This document shows, in pieces, positions 18,037 to 28,681 of a stretch of 56,379 nucleotides of DNA (position 1 is the first letter of the stretch; every line of letters starts with the position of its first letter). The translations under genes and the position numbers were made by a program. Under the pieces are notes generated by a model that was not told where the DNA came from, ran no database searches, and worked only from the letters and a program-made list of their open reading frames with translations. The DNA comes from an uncultured Candidatus Saccharibacteria bacterium (GTDB lineage: Bacteria > Patescibacteriota > Minisyncoccia > Phycocordibacterales > UBA9973). The DNA is taken from the NCBI GenBank assembly GCA_964461985.1, contig CAYWWG010000001.1, forward strand, positions 1 to 56,379, given 5' to 3'.

Positions 18037-18423
18037 ATGAAAAACAAAATTTTTAGATTTATTTTATCTTTAACTTTAGTTACAATATTTTTTATTGGTA
18101 TAAACAATGTTTTTGCTCAGGATGAAACTTTACCAGAAAATGTAAAAATTTCTACAACACCTAACAGTACTACTGTAATTATTAATTCTAAACCAGGTTA
18201 TAAGACCAATGTTTCTGTAAATTGTAACGGTAACAACTGCCAACGTTCTGCTAGTTCTGCGCCTATAACCGCAGAAGATACCAAAAAAATACAAAAATCA
18301 TTACTTGAACAACAAAAAGCATTAGAAAAACTTTGGGCACAACAAGAAGAATACTTTAAGCGACAGAATGAAATACTAAAAAGCATTTGGGGTATAAATT
18401 TTTTTGATCCATTTACTTTTTAA
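18037..18423 (+). CDS. hypothetical secreted protein (128 aa)
   Basis: Signal peptide ending VFAQD. The start is placed at the ATG at 18037; the ORF track begins at TTG 18028. Confidence 0.6.
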   Translation: MKNKIFRFILSLTLVTIFFIGINNVFAQDETLPENVKISTTPNSTTVIINSKPGYKTNVSVNCNGNNCQRSASSAPITAEDTKKIQKSLLEQQKALEKLWAQQEEYFKRQNEILKSIWGINFFDPFTF

Positions 18424-18790
18424 GTAAGTCTATAATTTTATCTAGCTTATTTTCCTCTATGTCATCGAGACGCTTCATAAGTGTCTCGATGTCTTTTTTG
18501 TTTTCTAGATTTGTTTCATAGTCGGCATCAGCTCGAAGTTCTGAATGTTTACTTTGTAAATTTTGACCGACCATGATAATAGAAAGTAATACTAATTGTA
18601 AAAATGTTTGTGCTATCCATGATATGGTGGTGCCTGTGCCGTTATGTATTGCTTCAGGTAAACTAATAAGAGCCAGTATTGTAAAAGCAATAGCACACCA
18701 CATTGTGCCTACTATTTTAGTTATAAACAGAGCAACTTTATCAAGTGGTTTTAAAGATTCTTTGTGTTCGCGATTTATATTTCTGGTCAT
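18413..18790 (-). CDS. DUF1003-like membrane protein
   Basis: Two TM segments followed by IIMVGQNLQSKHSELRADADYETNLENKKDIE, the pattern typical of DUF1003. Confidence 0.7.
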   Translation of the reverse strand: MTRNINREHKESLKPLDKVALFITKIVGTMWCAIAFTILALISLPEAIHNGTGTTISWIAQTFLQLVLLSIIMVGQNLQSKHSELRADADYETNLENKKDIETLMKRLDDIEENKLDKIIDLLKK

Positions 18791-18844
18791 AAGACTATTG
18801 TAACAAAAATATAAAACAAAGCATATTTATGTTATTATTAAAAA

Positions 18845-19408
18845 ATGAACAAAAGTCGAAAAATTTTCTTCATTTTATGGCTATTTTTTGCTGTTTTATT
18901 TCTATGTACATATATATTTAATAAACCATTTATACAGGGATTTATATCAAACATGTTAAGCGCACCACCAATGTGGGCATATATTGCGTTGCTACTACTA
19001 GGTATTGTACGAGGCTTTACTTTGTTGCCATCTACTTTGCTTATTATAGTTGGCTTGGTTTTTATTCCACCAATGCCTTTATATATAATAATACTTTTAG
19101 GTATAGTTATATCTTCAATCAGTGTGTATTATTTCTTTGAGTATTTACATATAGACAGGTTAATGAAAGAAAAATACAAACCCTTAATACAAAAAGGTAG
19201 TGCATATTTATCAAAATACGAGTTGCCGGTAATTATAATCTGGAGTATGACACCTTTTTTGCCTACAGATTTAATTTGCTACTTGGCTGGGACAGCACGA
19301 GTAAATATTGGTAAATTTATATTGGGTATTATTATCGGTGAGGGCATTATATGTGCAGTATATATATTTGGTGGAATAGCAATGTTTCATGCTATAGTAG
19401 GTGTTTAA
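18845..19408 (+). CDS. DedA/TVP38 (VTT-domain)-like membrane protein
   Basis: Polytopic topology with a VTT-like core (RGFTLLPSTLLIIVGLVF...). Assigned from pattern only. Confidence 0.6.
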   Translation: MNKSRKIFFILWLFFAVLFLCTYIFNKPFIQGFISNMLSAPPMWAYIALLLLGIVRGFTLLPSTLLIIVGLVFIPPMPLYIIILLGIVISSISVYYFFEYLHIDRLMKEKYKPLIQKGSAYLSKYELPVIIIWSMTPFLPTDLICYLAGTARVNIGKFILGIIIGEGIICAVYIFGGIAMFHAIVGV

Positions 19409-19411
19409 TAT

Positions 19412-19978
19412 ATGATAGAGACTATTGCCAACATAAAAAAGAAGTTTTTCTTGCATAAATTTATTGACGACTATCGCGTAGGGGCGGCTTTTCCGAGTTC
19501 GTATTTTCTGGTAAAAAAAGTCAGATCTTTGTTACCAAACAATATGTCTATTGTTATAGAACAAGGTGCTGGTAATGGTGTGATGACTCGTGAATTACTT
19601 AAAAAAATTTCACCAGACGGCAAGTTATTTGTTATAGAACAAAACCAACACTTTATAGATGTTTTGTGTACTATAAATGACCCTCGTATAGTTATAGTTT
19701 GCGGTCTAGCTCAAGATTTTGATTACAAAAAATATATCGGAGAAAAATCTGTAGATCTTGTAATTTCTAGTATCCCTTTTTCATTTTTGAAAGAAGAAGA
19801 ACGTTCAACTGTTTGTGAAAATGCATACAAAAATCTAGTCAATGGTGGTATGTTTATAATTTTTCATCAATACAGCCTAACAATGAAAAAAACGGTCGAA
19901 CTATATTTTAAATCAGTTTACGATTTGTTTTTCTTATGGAACATACCACCTTGCTCTATCATTGTTGCAAAAAAATAA
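19412..19978 (+). CDS. class I SAM-dependent methyltransferase (phospholipid N-methyltransferase-like)
   Basis: GAAFPSSYFL followed by motif I, VIEQGAGNGVMT. The acidic residue after beta-2 is in VIEQN. Confidence 0.8.
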   Translation: MIETIANIKKKFFLHKFIDDYRVGAAFPSSYFLVKKVRSLLPNNMSIVIEQGAGNGVMTRELLKKISPDGKLFVIEQNQHFIDVLCTINDPRIVIVCGLAQDFDYKKYIGEKSVDLVISSIPFSFLKEEERSTVCENAYKNLVNGGMFIIFHQYSLTMKKTVELYFKSVYDLFFLWNIPPCSIIVAKK

Positions 19979-20021
19979 TCCGCCATCTGGCGGATTATTT
20001 TTTTTGCATATAAATATATAA

Positions 20022-20258
20022 CTACATTTTTGGAGCTTGCATTGGTTCTGCACTTGTAGAACATTGTTTGCAACTACTCTTGTGTCCAAGGACTTCATAT
20101 ATTGCTGAAAGACCTACAAGTATGTAAATAATGCGAGAAACAACTTGGCCTTGACCACCGAATAATTGGCCCACATCCCAGCCGAATGCACCAACTAGTA
20201 GCCAGTTAAGACCACCGATGACAAGTAGAATAAATGTAACTGTGTGTAATGATTTCAT
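20022..20258 (-). CDS. DUF378-family small membrane protein
   Basis: ILLVIGGLNWLLVGAFGWDV signature. Confidence 0.75.
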   Translation of the reverse strand: MKSLHTVTFILLVIGGLNWLLVGAFGWDVGQLFGGQGQVVSRIIYILVGLSAIYEVLGHKSSCKQCSTSAEPMQAPKM

Positions 20259-20412
20259 AAAAAATAAAATTATGTTTATAAGGTAACCGTATGATGCCGA
20301 TACGTAGGGTTACTGTATTTAATTATAGCATTATATCTGTATATAAAAGTTAAGTTTTCCACAATAATTACTTAAACTTGTCGAAAGGCAAAATTTGTGT
20401 TAGTCTTGTTGG

Positions 20413-22191
20413 ATGGAAATTCGAAACATTGCAATCATTGCACACGTTGATCACGGAAAAACAACATTAACTGATGCTTTAATGAAGCAACTTGGTATGG
20501 TGTCTGAAGGTGTTTCAATGGACTCTAACGATCTAGAAAAAGAACGCGGTATAACCATCTATTCTAAGAATACTTCTGTTATATACAAAGATACAAAAAT
20601 AAATATAGTAGATACACCAGGCCACGCCGACTTTGGTTCTGAAGTTGAACGTGTTTTACGTTCCATTGATTCAGTTCTACTGCTAGTCGATGCCCAAGAA
20701 GGTCCAATGCCACAAACACGCTTTGTGTTGAAAAAGTCTTTGGAACTTGGACTTAAGCCTATTGTTGTTATAAACAAAATAGATAAACCAGCATCTGACT
20801 GCGATCGTGTTCATAACGATGTTTTAGAACTGTTCTTAGAACTTGGTGCAACTGAAGCTCAGATCGAATTTAAAACTATATATGCCATCGGCCGTGAAGG
20901 TGTGGCAATGCGTAACCTAACAGATGAACGCAAAGACCTTACACCACTACTAGACCTAATACTAGAAGATGTACCTGTAGCAAGCGAACACCACGACGGC
21001 CCTGGGACTGCACAGGTCTTTAACCTTGGATATGACAACTTTCTTGGTCGTTTAGCTATTGTACGCGTATATTCTGGTACAATAAATGACTCAGATAAAT
21101 TGTTTGTAAAAAAACCTGATGGTTCTACCAGAGCTGGTAAAGTAACAAAAATGTTCACTTTTGAAGGTATAACCAGAAAAGAAGTAAAAGTGCTTGGCAC
21201 AGGAGATATTGGTATTATTGCTGGTATTCCAGATGTGTTTATAGGCGAAACTATAACTTTAGATGAATCTGCCGCACCATTACCAGCTATATCTATCGAC
21301 GAGCCAACAATTACACTAAATTTTCTTGTTAATGATTCACCTTTTGCAGGACGCGAAGGTAAGTTTGTTACTGGCCGACAAATACGTGAACGACTAGAAC
21401 GTGAACTTGAAGTTAACGTCGGTTTAAAAGTAGACTTTGATCAAGAAGTATATAAAGTCTCAGGACGCGGAGAACTGCACATTGCCGTTTTACTAGAAAA
21501 CATGCGTCGCGAAGGTTACGAACTGCAAGTGTCTCAACCGCAGGTTATTATAAAAGAAGTTAATGGTAAAAAGCTTGAACCTTTCGAAGAAGTAACAATC
21601 GATGTGCCAACTGAATTTTCTGGTTCAGTTATCGAGAAATTAACTAAACGCCGTGGCCTAATAACAAATATGCGTGAAGAAAATGGCTTAACACGAATAA
21701 TACTAGAGATGCCAACACGTGGTTTATTGGGTTTCCGTGGTATGTTTATGATCGATACAAAAGGCGAGGGAATACTATCTTCACGTGTCATCGGATTCAA
21801 AGACTATGCAGGTGAAATCAAAAAACGTGAAGTAGGCTCTATGACTTCTATGATCAGTGGCATGGTTGTGGCTTATGCATTAGCGAACCTGCAAGAAAGA
21901 GGTACACTGTATGTCGAACACGGCGATGACATATACGAAGGTATGGTTGTCGGTAATGTTACCAAAGGTGACGAAATGGTAGTAAATCCAATCAAAGGTA
22001 AACAACTTACAAACTTCCGAGCATCAGGGACTGACGACGCAATAAGTCTAAAACCGGCCTACAGAATGACAATAGAACGCGGATTAGAAACAATGTCTGA
22101 TGACGAATACCTAGAAATAACTCCAAAAAGTGTTCGTTTAAGAAAACAATATTTAACCGAAACATTGCGTTCGAAAAATGGTAAAAAATAG
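20413..22191 (+). CDS. typA: translational GTPase TypA/BipA
   Basis: [25 protein letters not shown] and NKID G-motifs, and a full-length 592-aa BipA architecture. Confidence 0.97.
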   Translation: MEIRNIAIIAHVDHGKTTLTDALMKQLGMVSEGVSMDSNDLEKERGITIYSKNTSVIYKDTKINIVDTPGHADFGSEVERVLRSIDSVLLLVDAQEGPMPQTRFVLKKSLELGLKPIVVINKIDKPASDCDRVHNDVLELFLELGATEAQIEFKTIYAIGREGVAMRNLTDERKDLTPLLDLILEDVPVASEHHDGPGTAQVFNLGYDNFLGRLAIVRVYSGTINDSDKLFVKKPDGSTRAGKVTKMFTFEGITRKEVKVLGTGDIGIIAGIPDVFIGETITLDESAAPLPAISIDEPTITLNFLVNDSPFAGREGKFVTGRQIRERLERELEVNVGLKVDFDQEVYKVSGRGELHIAVLLENMRREGYELQVSQPQVIIKEVNGKKLEPFEEVTIDVPTEFSGSVIEKLTKRRGLITNMREENGLTRIILEMPTRGLLGFRGMFMIDTKGEGILSSRVIGFKDYAGEIKKREVGSMTSMISGMVVAYALANLQERGTLYVEHGDDIYEGMVVGNVTKGDEMVVNPIKGKQLTNFRASGTDDAISLKPAYRMTIERGLETMSDDEYLEITPKSVRLRKQYLTETLRSKNGKK

Positions 22192-22305
22192 CAAATTAGA
22201 CCACACTTGGTATTGACAAAAATTTGACTTATTTCCAGGATGTGATACGATACACAAGTATTAGAAAATCAATTTATTAATATATTCAAAAGAATAATAA
22301 CGTAT

Positions 22306-23334
22306 ATGGCACAACTTTCTTTCAAACCGAAACAAGTTACTAAAAAAATATTATCAAGCCTACAGGAACGCGCTTTTGATGTTGTTTCTCACCGTTTTGG
22401 ACTTGGTGCAGACGCTACCCCTAAGACACTTGAAGCTATCGGTCAAACATATGGTATAACCCGCGAACGCGTTCGCCAAATCGAAAACACTGCTTTGTCT
22501 ACCATCCGTAAATCTGATGCTTATAAAAATGAACAAAAAACTTTTGATGAACTTCGTGATGTTATGAAGACTCATGGTTCATTAGTTCATGAAAAAGATT
22601 TTCTAGAAACTCTTGCCAAGGACAAGAACACTCAAAACCACCTACATTTCTACCTTGTATTGGGTGAATATTTTAAAAAACATAAAGAAGACGAGGCTTT
22701 CCACCACCGTTGGACTATCGACTCTGAACTTGCAAATAGTGTCCACGATTCTTTGTCTGCGCTTTATAAAAAACTTTCAGATGAAGAACTACTTTCTGAA
22801 ACAGAAATAGTAGATACATTTATTTCTGTAATGAAAGACATAGCAGATGAATACAAAACTAAAGAAATAGCTCGTCGTTGGTTGTCTATATCTAAAAAAA
22901 TAAGTAAAAACCCGTTGGGCGAATGGGGTAAGGCAGATTCTACAAATGTTAAAACTCGCGGTATACGTGACTATGCATACCTAGTAATGCGTAAACACGG
23001 TTCTCCTATGCACTTCCGTGAAGTTGCCAAGGCTATAGCTGACACATTTGGTAAGAAAACTCACGTTGCAACTTGCCACAACGAATTAATCAAAGACAAA
23101 CGTTTTGTACTAGTTGGCCGTGGTGTATATGCACTAGGTGAATGGGGTTATACAGCAGGTGTTGTACGTGAAGTTATCAAGGAAATCTTAAAGAAAAACG
23201 GACCAATGACCAAAGAAGACATTGTGGACGCGGTTATGAAAGAACGTTACCTTAAGAAAAATACAATTCTAGTAAACCTAACAAACCCTAAATACTTCAA
23301 GAAAAACAAAACAGGGCAGTACACACTAGCCTAA
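22306..23334 (+). CDS. sigma-70 region-4-like HTH protein with a C-terminal HARE-HTH domain
   Basis: GQTYGITRERVRQIENTALSTIRK matches sigma region 4.2. The C-terminal DYAYLVMRKHGSPMHFREVAKAI...FVLVGRGVYALGEWGY is HARE-HTH-like. No region 2 motif was seen. Confidence 0.8.
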   Translation: MAQLSFKPKQVTKKILSSLQERAFDVVSHRFGLGADATPKTLEAIGQTYGITRERVRQIENTALSTIRKSDAYKNEQKTFDELRDVMKTHGSLVHEKDFLETLAKDKNTQNHLHFYLVLGEYFKKHKEDEAFHHRWTIDSELANSVHDSLSALYKKLSDEELLSETEIVDTFISVMKDIADEYKTKEIARRWLSISKKISKNPLGEWGKADSTNVKTRGIRDYAYLVMRKHGSPMHFREVAKAIADTFGKKTHVATCHNELIKDKRFVLVGRGVYALGEWGYTAGVVREVIKEILKKNGPMTKEDIVDAVMKERYLKKNTILVNLTNPKYFKKNKTGQYTLA

Positions 23335-23432
23335 ACTATATAAAAGTAACCCCTAAAATAGGGGTATTTTTATATATTGACTTTTATATAAATATTATGT
23401 ATAATACTGGTAGTTATTTTAAACAACACATC

Positions 23433-23750
23433 ATGAAACAGCAAGATAAAAAAATAATCAGACACTCTTCATTTGTGGAAAACTTAGACCACATGAAGGA
23501 ATTAGCAGAGAAAGGCATGCAGAATTCTCATGCTTTTGATCAATTATTCGATACATATATTCGCACGACGCAGACTGCGTCAATCCGCGAACTAAAGGAC
23601 GCAATAGAGTACTTGAAGGAAAACTCGGTTGGAACCTTAAATACTGAAAATATGATTGATATGTTAGAAGACACCCTTTCAAAAAAGGAAGATGACGCGG
23701 AGAGAAATCGATTTAATTTTTTCCCTTTTGGTGTTGAAATGGATTATTAA
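23433..23750 (+). CDS. hypothetical protein (105 aa)
   Basis: The start is moved to MKQQDKK because the upstream ATG at 23397 overlaps the -10 (tataat 23400-23405) of a TTGACT-17-TATAAT promoter. Confidence 0.5.
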   Translation: MKQQDKKIIRHSSFVENLDHMKELAEKGMQNSHAFDQLFDTYIRTTQTASIRELKDAIEYLKENSVGTLNTENMIDMLEDTLSKKEDDAERNRFNFFPFGVEMDY

Positions 23751-23959
23751 AAAATAGCCACCTTGTCATATAAATAATGACCGGTGGTTTTTTTCTTCAT
23801 TAAATTGAAAAAGACAACCCAAAAAATATAAACAATCCTAATTCTTATATTTGACTTTAAATAATAAAAACAACAAAACAATTTGTACAAAATTCTGTTG
23901 TATAGGTTGAAACCTATATACTTGACTATGCTAAAATATATGATATAGTATAGATAGAA

Positions 23960-24757
23960 ATGGTTGCTGTAAAAAGCAAAAGAAACATTTTCGAGAAAGC
24001 CAACACTCGAATGGAGGCACCACAATTTTGTTTTTTAAAAATGAACAGATTAGATTTTAGAAAAATGATCAGTGCTATTTTCACTGAAAACGAAGTCATG
24101 CTTATTATGACCGCGTACGATTATTCAAAAGCTGCACACAGGACACAAAGTCGACAAGAATTTGGCCCGGATGCACCTGATAATAAAAAAAGGTATTTCA
24201 ACCACCCAAAACATCTTGCAATACAGATGATCAAAGATGGTGTTAAAGATGCCAAGACAGTTTGCGAAGCATTTCTGCATGATTGTCCTGAAGACACTGC
24301 AATATTCGGCAACCAACTTACTGAAGGTTACGAAATTGCCATGAAGGATGCATTTTTCCGCTTGAGTAAATCTTTTGACCCGGAAGTTGCTACTGATGTT
24401 ATTTTACTAACACTGCCACTACCTAACCCGGCTATAAAGATGTTTGCGAGTAAAAACCAATGTTTGGAATTTTATAAAACCCGATTATCTGATCCGGAAA
24501 CATCGAAAAGAGTTTTACTTGTAAAATTGTACGACAGGTTGCACAACATGGACACCATTGAAGTAAAATCTTTACAGACAGCTTTGTTGAAGATTAAAGA
24601 AACAGAGGAATTCTATATTCCGCTTTTTATCAAAAGATTCCTGGATGACAAATCTCCTCTATCTTTGATTGGTACAGGAAAATTGGTAGAATTAATTGAT
24701 TTGGTTATTCGTAAAAAAAATCAAATCGAACTTACCTATAATGCCAATAAAAGCTAA
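23960..24757 (+). CDS. RelA/SpoT-family HD hydrolase (stand-alone small alarmone hydrolase-like)
   Basis: AAHRTQSRQ, YFNHPKHLAIQM, FLHDCPEDT and LVKLYDRLHNMDT align with the SpoT/Mesh1 hydrolase motifs. No synthetase domain is present. Confidence 0.8.
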   Translation: MVAVKSKRNIFEKANTRMEAPQFCFLKMNRLDFRKMISAIFTENEVMLIMTAYDYSKAAHRTQSRQEFGPDAPDNKKRYFNHPKHLAIQMIKDGVKDAKTVCEAFLHDCPEDTAIFGNQLTEGYEIAMKDAFFRLSKSFDPEVATDVILLTLPLPNPAIKMFASKNQCLEFYKTRLSDPETSKRVLLVKLYDRLHNMDTIEVKSLQTALLKIKETEEFYIPLFIKRFLDDKSPLSLIGTGKLVELIDLVIRKKNQIELTYNANKS

Positions 24758-24884
24758 TATTCATAAAAACTCATCCTGTGCTTTATAAACAAGCACAGGA
24801 TTTTTAATTGACATAATATAAAAAGTAAGTATAATATAATAGTTCATTCATTTCAGTTTTATTCAATTAATTTCAATTCAAATT

Positions 24885-25181
24885 ATGCAAAAAATACAAA
24901 ACCACATTGGTATCTGGAAATTTACCAATAAAGTTACGAAAGAAGAATTAGAAGAATTAGCCACAGAGTGGGCAAAAGATGAAAACTATCTTTCGCTTTA
25001 CATTCGAAAATGTTCACAAGATCAGTATGGTATAGGGTTCGAATACAAAAACCCATTAGGTGGAGATACGCCTGATACACTACACGATTATATAGAACAA
25101 ACATCTGATGCACTTCGTAGAAAGTTCGGTAACGGACTTATAGGTTGGGACATCAGTTCAAATTATTACAAGATAAAGTAA
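24885..25181 (+). CDS. hypothetical protein (98 aa)
   Basis: Intact ORF with a TTGACA-16-TATAAT promoter at ~24808-24835 and a hairpin plus T-run terminator at ~25207-25235. Confidence 0.55.
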   Translation: MQKIQNHIGIWKFTNKVTKEELEELATEWAKDENYLSLYIRKCSQDQYGIGFEYKNPLGGDTPDTLHDYIEQTSDALRRKFGNGLIGWDISSNYYKIK

Positions 25182-25267
25182 AACATAATTGAAGAATGAA
25201 CGCGAAAGACTGCTCATCGAGCGGTTTTTTGTTTTGTAAAAATTCTTATACAGGTTATAATACACTT

Positions 25268-25798
25268 ATGAATTCAAAATCATATCAAGGTTTTAGTAAT
25301 GTTGTCATTATTTTAGTTGGTGTAGTTATAGTTGCTATATTGGTTGGTTTTTTTCGCGTAGCACGACCATTTTCAAATTGGCATTTGGGTAGCAATGAAC
25401 CATTTACATTAGGCACAATACTTCCGGATGGTTCAAATAGTGTCGGTATGCTTACAGGAGCCTCAGTAAATTGCGATATTGCTGTTACTTCACCACTAGC
25501 TAATACAAAAGTTTCGAATATTATTACTATAAATGGTTTGTATAGAAACTGTGGTTGGAATAGTGAAGATTATAGTAATGAAAACAATAAAGCTGTTATA
25601 GGTACAGTTATGGTTATTGACGGTAAGGGTAATTCACTTACAAATCCATTAGCAATAACTTCAACAACACCGGACACATTTAGTGTTACTTTGGGTTTAA
25701 TCCATAAAAGTCAGACAAGTAGTGCAGTTATAGTTGTACGCAACGCCGACGACCAGCAACCCATACTACTACAAATACCCGTTACCATTAGTCAGTAA
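25268..25798 (+). CDS. hypothetical membrane-anchored protein (176 aa)
   Basis: The start is placed at MNSKSYQGF, 6 nt after tataat (25256-25261). The upstream part of the ORF contains the preceding terminator. One TM followed by a beta-rich domain. Confidence 0.6.
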   Translation: MNSKSYQGFSNVVIILVGVVIVAILVGFFRVARPFSNWHLGSNEPFTLGTILPDGSNSVGMLTGASVNCDIAVTSPLANTKVSNIITINGLYRNCGWNSEDYSNENNKAVIGTVMVIDGKGNSLTNPLAITSTTPDTFSVTLGLIHKSQTSSAVIVVRNADDQQPILLQIPVTISQ

Positions 25799-25817
25799 TA
25801 TATAGTACAATAGTTCT

Positions 25818-27119
25818 ATGAACACAACGTCGCTTGTTTTGCAAAATGCATTTATGTTTATCTACAACACTGCACATTTATGGGCACCTGTTGTTTTAGC
25901 TATAGTTGCATTTCGTGTTTGGGTTTGGTATGTACGCGAAGCTTTTTTTCAAACATTGTCTTGGACAATCCTTGAATTTAAAGTGCCTCAAGAAGTACAC
26001 AAATCACCAATGGCCATGGAAATGTTTTTAACTAACGCATTATACCAAGGTGGTACTGCAGGTAACTGGATGAAGCAATATTGGGCCGGGGAACAGCCGT
26101 TGTGGTCTTCTTTGGAAATCGTTTCAATTGAAGGTCACATACATTTTTTTGCACGCATACCAACAAAATACAAAGAAATGGTGCAGTCGCAAATGTACGC
26201 ACAGTACCCTCAAGTTGAAATATTTGAAGTTGCAGACTACACCAAAGCTGTACCAGACTACACACCCGACGGACCCATTGAAGTTTCTGGTGGTACATTA
26301 GCGTTCGACCCAAAAGCCGACGGTAAAAAAGACCCTTGGCCAATTAAAACATACATTGATTATGGTTTGGATAAAGCCGTTGGTCTATTAGAAGAGGCTC
26401 AGAAAATTGACCCTATTATACCAATGATAGAATGGATGGGGTCGCTTGGAAAAGGCGAACAGGCCTGGTTTCAGGTAATAATAAAACCCGCGGAACTAAA
26501 GCGTTTTGAAATCGAAGTCGCTGATAAAAAAGACCCAACCAAAAAAGTAAAAGAAATGGTAAAGTGGACCAAACTTGCTGAAGAAGAAATCAAAGCATTT
26601 AAAGCAAAATTTATCGACAAAGATGGTAAACCTATAACCATGTCTGAACAAGATCGACGCATACTAGCATCATTAGAACGTAATGCTACAAAACTTGGTT
26701 TCGATACTGGTATTGTTTATATTTATATTGCTAATAAAGAAAATTTAAATAAAAACCAGGCGGGTAACTTTGGTAATGTTATACGCCAATATAATTCACC
26801 TGAACTAAACAATTTTAAAGCTGTTGGTATGACAGGTAGTAAAAATTTTATTTGGGAAGACTTACCAGGTAAATTACCCCATAAAGGCAAGAAGAACTTG
26901 TTAAGGTTGGCAAAATCACGTGACTATTTCTACCCACATTTTGATTTTAAGGAATTTAAACATTATGTAACGTCAATACCTGCAAAACTAACACCTTTAA
27001 TACTTACAACTGAAGAAATAGCCACAATATACCACCTACCAGGTAAAGTTTCAGAAACTCCTACGTTTAAGCGTATAGAATCTAAAAAAGCCGAAGCTCC
27101 TGGAAACTTGCCGTTTTAA
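25818..27119 (+). CDS. hypothetical membrane protein (433 aa)
   Basis: N-terminal TM and a large soluble domain. Tightly packed with its neighbours; its stop overlaps the mltG start. Confidence 0.75.
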   Translation: MNTTSLVLQNAFMFIYNTAHLWAPVVLAIVAFRVWVWYVREAFFQTLSWTILEFKVPQEVHKSPMAMEMFLTNALYQGGTAGNWMKQYWAGEQPLWSSLEIVSIEGHIHFFARIPTKYKEMVQSQMYAQYPQVEIFEVADYTKAVPDYTPDGPIEVSGGTLAFDPKADGKKDPWPIKTYIDYGLDKAVGLLEEAQKIDPIIPMIEWMGSLGKGEQAWFQVIIKPAELKRFEIEVADKKDPTKKVKEMVKWTKLAEEEIKAFKAKFIDKDGKPITMSEQDRRILASLERNATKLGFDTGIVYIYIANKENLNKNQAGNFGNVIRQYNSPELNNFKAVGMTGSKNFIWEDLPGKLPHKGKKNLLRLAKSRDYFYPHFDFKEFKHYVTSIPAKLTPLILTTEEIATIYHLPGKVSETPTFKRIESKKAEAPGNLPF

Positions 27120-28105
27120 TGGTACAATACAGCAATATGCCCCCAGAAAACGAACCAATCGTACAAAAGAAACCCCGAAAAACGATTGCGTTTTTAGTTC
27201 TTTGTCTTCTTATTATTGCCGGAGTTTGGAATTCATTACAGGCACCAAGAAGCTTCACTGGACCTGTTGTAATAACAGTTAACTCAAATGAACCATTGTC
27301 TACTATTAGTCAGCGTTTGCAAAATATGCACGTTATAAAATCTGCAAGGCTATTTGAAGCACTTGTTATATCCAGCGGTGGTGAAAAACGTATTACAGCA
27401 GGCGACTATTTTTTTGATAAACCCATGTCGTTAATATCTGTTGTTAGTCAATTTGTAAACAACGACTTTGGTGCAGACCGTGTTCGCATAACCATACCGG
27501 AAGGCTTTACACGTGCGGACATTGCCGAATTATGTGCTCAAAAACTTCCACATTGTAGTGCTCAAAAATTCTTAGAAAAGACAAAAAACCTTGAAGGTTA
27601 CCTTTTTCCTGACACATATCTTGTATTTCCATCACGAGACGAAGATGACTTGATTCAAAAAATGCAAACAAATTTTACAAAAAAGACAGAGTTACTGTTT
27701 GCTGGTATGTCTAAGAACAAGATTGATTCTATTGTAACCATGGCTTCTATAGTTGAACGCGAAGCCGTCGGTAATAATGATAATGCAATTATTGCTGGCA
27801 TACTTTATAACCGCATCAACAAAGGTATGCCATTACAGGTTGATGCCCCTTTCTACTTTCTACTAGGTAAATCAAGTAGTGAACTAACTCTAAAAGATCT
27901 AAAAACTGATTCACTATATAACACATACATTCACACAGGTTTACCACCCACACCTATATCTAATCCAGGATTATCTTCTATAAATGCAGTTTTAAATCCT
28001 GAAAAAACTACTTATTTATATTATCTACATGATTCATCTGGCGTTGCTCATTATGCAACTACATACACAGAACACTTGAAAAATAAGAAAAAATATATAC
28101 AATAG
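27119..28105 (+). CDS. mltG: endolytic murein transglycosylase MltG (YceG family)
   Basis: N-terminal TM, plus GYLFPDTY, ASIVEREA and LQVDAPFYF motifs. Confidence 0.9.
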   Translation: MVQYSNMPPENEPIVQKKPRKTIAFLVLCLLIIAGVWNSLQAPRSFTGPVVITVNSNEPLSTISQRLQNMHVIKSARLFEALVISSGGEKRITAGDYFFDKPMSLISVVSQFVNNDFGADRVRITIPEGFTRADIAELCAQKLPHCSAQKFLEKTKNLEGYLFPDTYLVFPSRDEDDLIQKMQTNFTKKTELLFAGMSKNKIDSIVTMASIVEREAVGNNDNAIIAGILYNRINKGMPLQVDAPFYFLLGKSSSELTLKDLKTDSLYNTYIHTGLPPTPISNPGLSSINAVLNPEKTTYLYYLHDSSGVAHYATTYTEHLKNKKKYIQ

Positions 28106-28129
28106 CAAGATATTATAAAAGACAATCAA

Positions 28130-28681
28130 ATGAAAAAACATAATTTAGCATTTATAGACGTAGAAACAACTGGTTTTAATCCAGACACACATGAAATAAT
28201 ACAACTGGGTTGTGTTATAGCTGAACAAGTTTGGGAAAATGGCGTGTTAACATTAAAACATGTCGAAGAATTTGAATACAAAATTCGCCCTGAACATATA
28301 GAAACCGCTGATGCACAAGCGCTACGTGTAAACGGATACGACGCCGGTGAATGGATATTTGCTTATGGTCTACCAGAAGCTATGAAAATGTTTGATGCAA
28401 AAGTAAAAGACTGCATATTTGTTGCGCATAATGCTTGTTTTGATTTTTCTTTTATAGACAAGGCATACCGTACCGTTGGTATCGAAAGTTCAATGCATTT
28501 TCATAAGCTAGATACTATATCTATGGCATTTACACGTTTCTATAATGACGAAACAGTAGAAAAATACTCACTACGTAACTTATGTGAAAGGTTTAATATT
28601 AAAAATAGTAATGCACATACAGCATTGGCAGATGCACGTGCACTTATGGAACTATACCCACATCTAATTAATGCAAAGTAG
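28130..28681 (+). CDS. DEDDh 3'-5' exonuclease (DnaQ/epsilon-like)
   Basis: Exo I FIDVETTG, Exo II VAHNACFDFSFI and Exo III HTALADARA. Confidence 0.85.
   Translation: MKKHNLAFIDVETTGFNPDTHEIIQLGCVIAEQVWENGVLTLKHVEEFEYKIRPEHIETADAQALRVNGYDAGEWIFAYGLPEAMKMFDAKVKDCIFVAHNACFDFSFIDKAYRTVGIESSMHFHKLDTISMAFTRFYNDETVEKYSLRNLCERFNIKNSNAHTALADARALMELYPHLINAK

Noticed and set aside
20559-21800. Antisense ORFs of 72-113 aa inside typA (20559-20777, 20859-21200, 21534-21800)
   Set aside because: They lie fully inside a confidently identified, full-length GTPase gene on the other strand. They have low-complexity S/R/P-rich translations typical of shadow frames.
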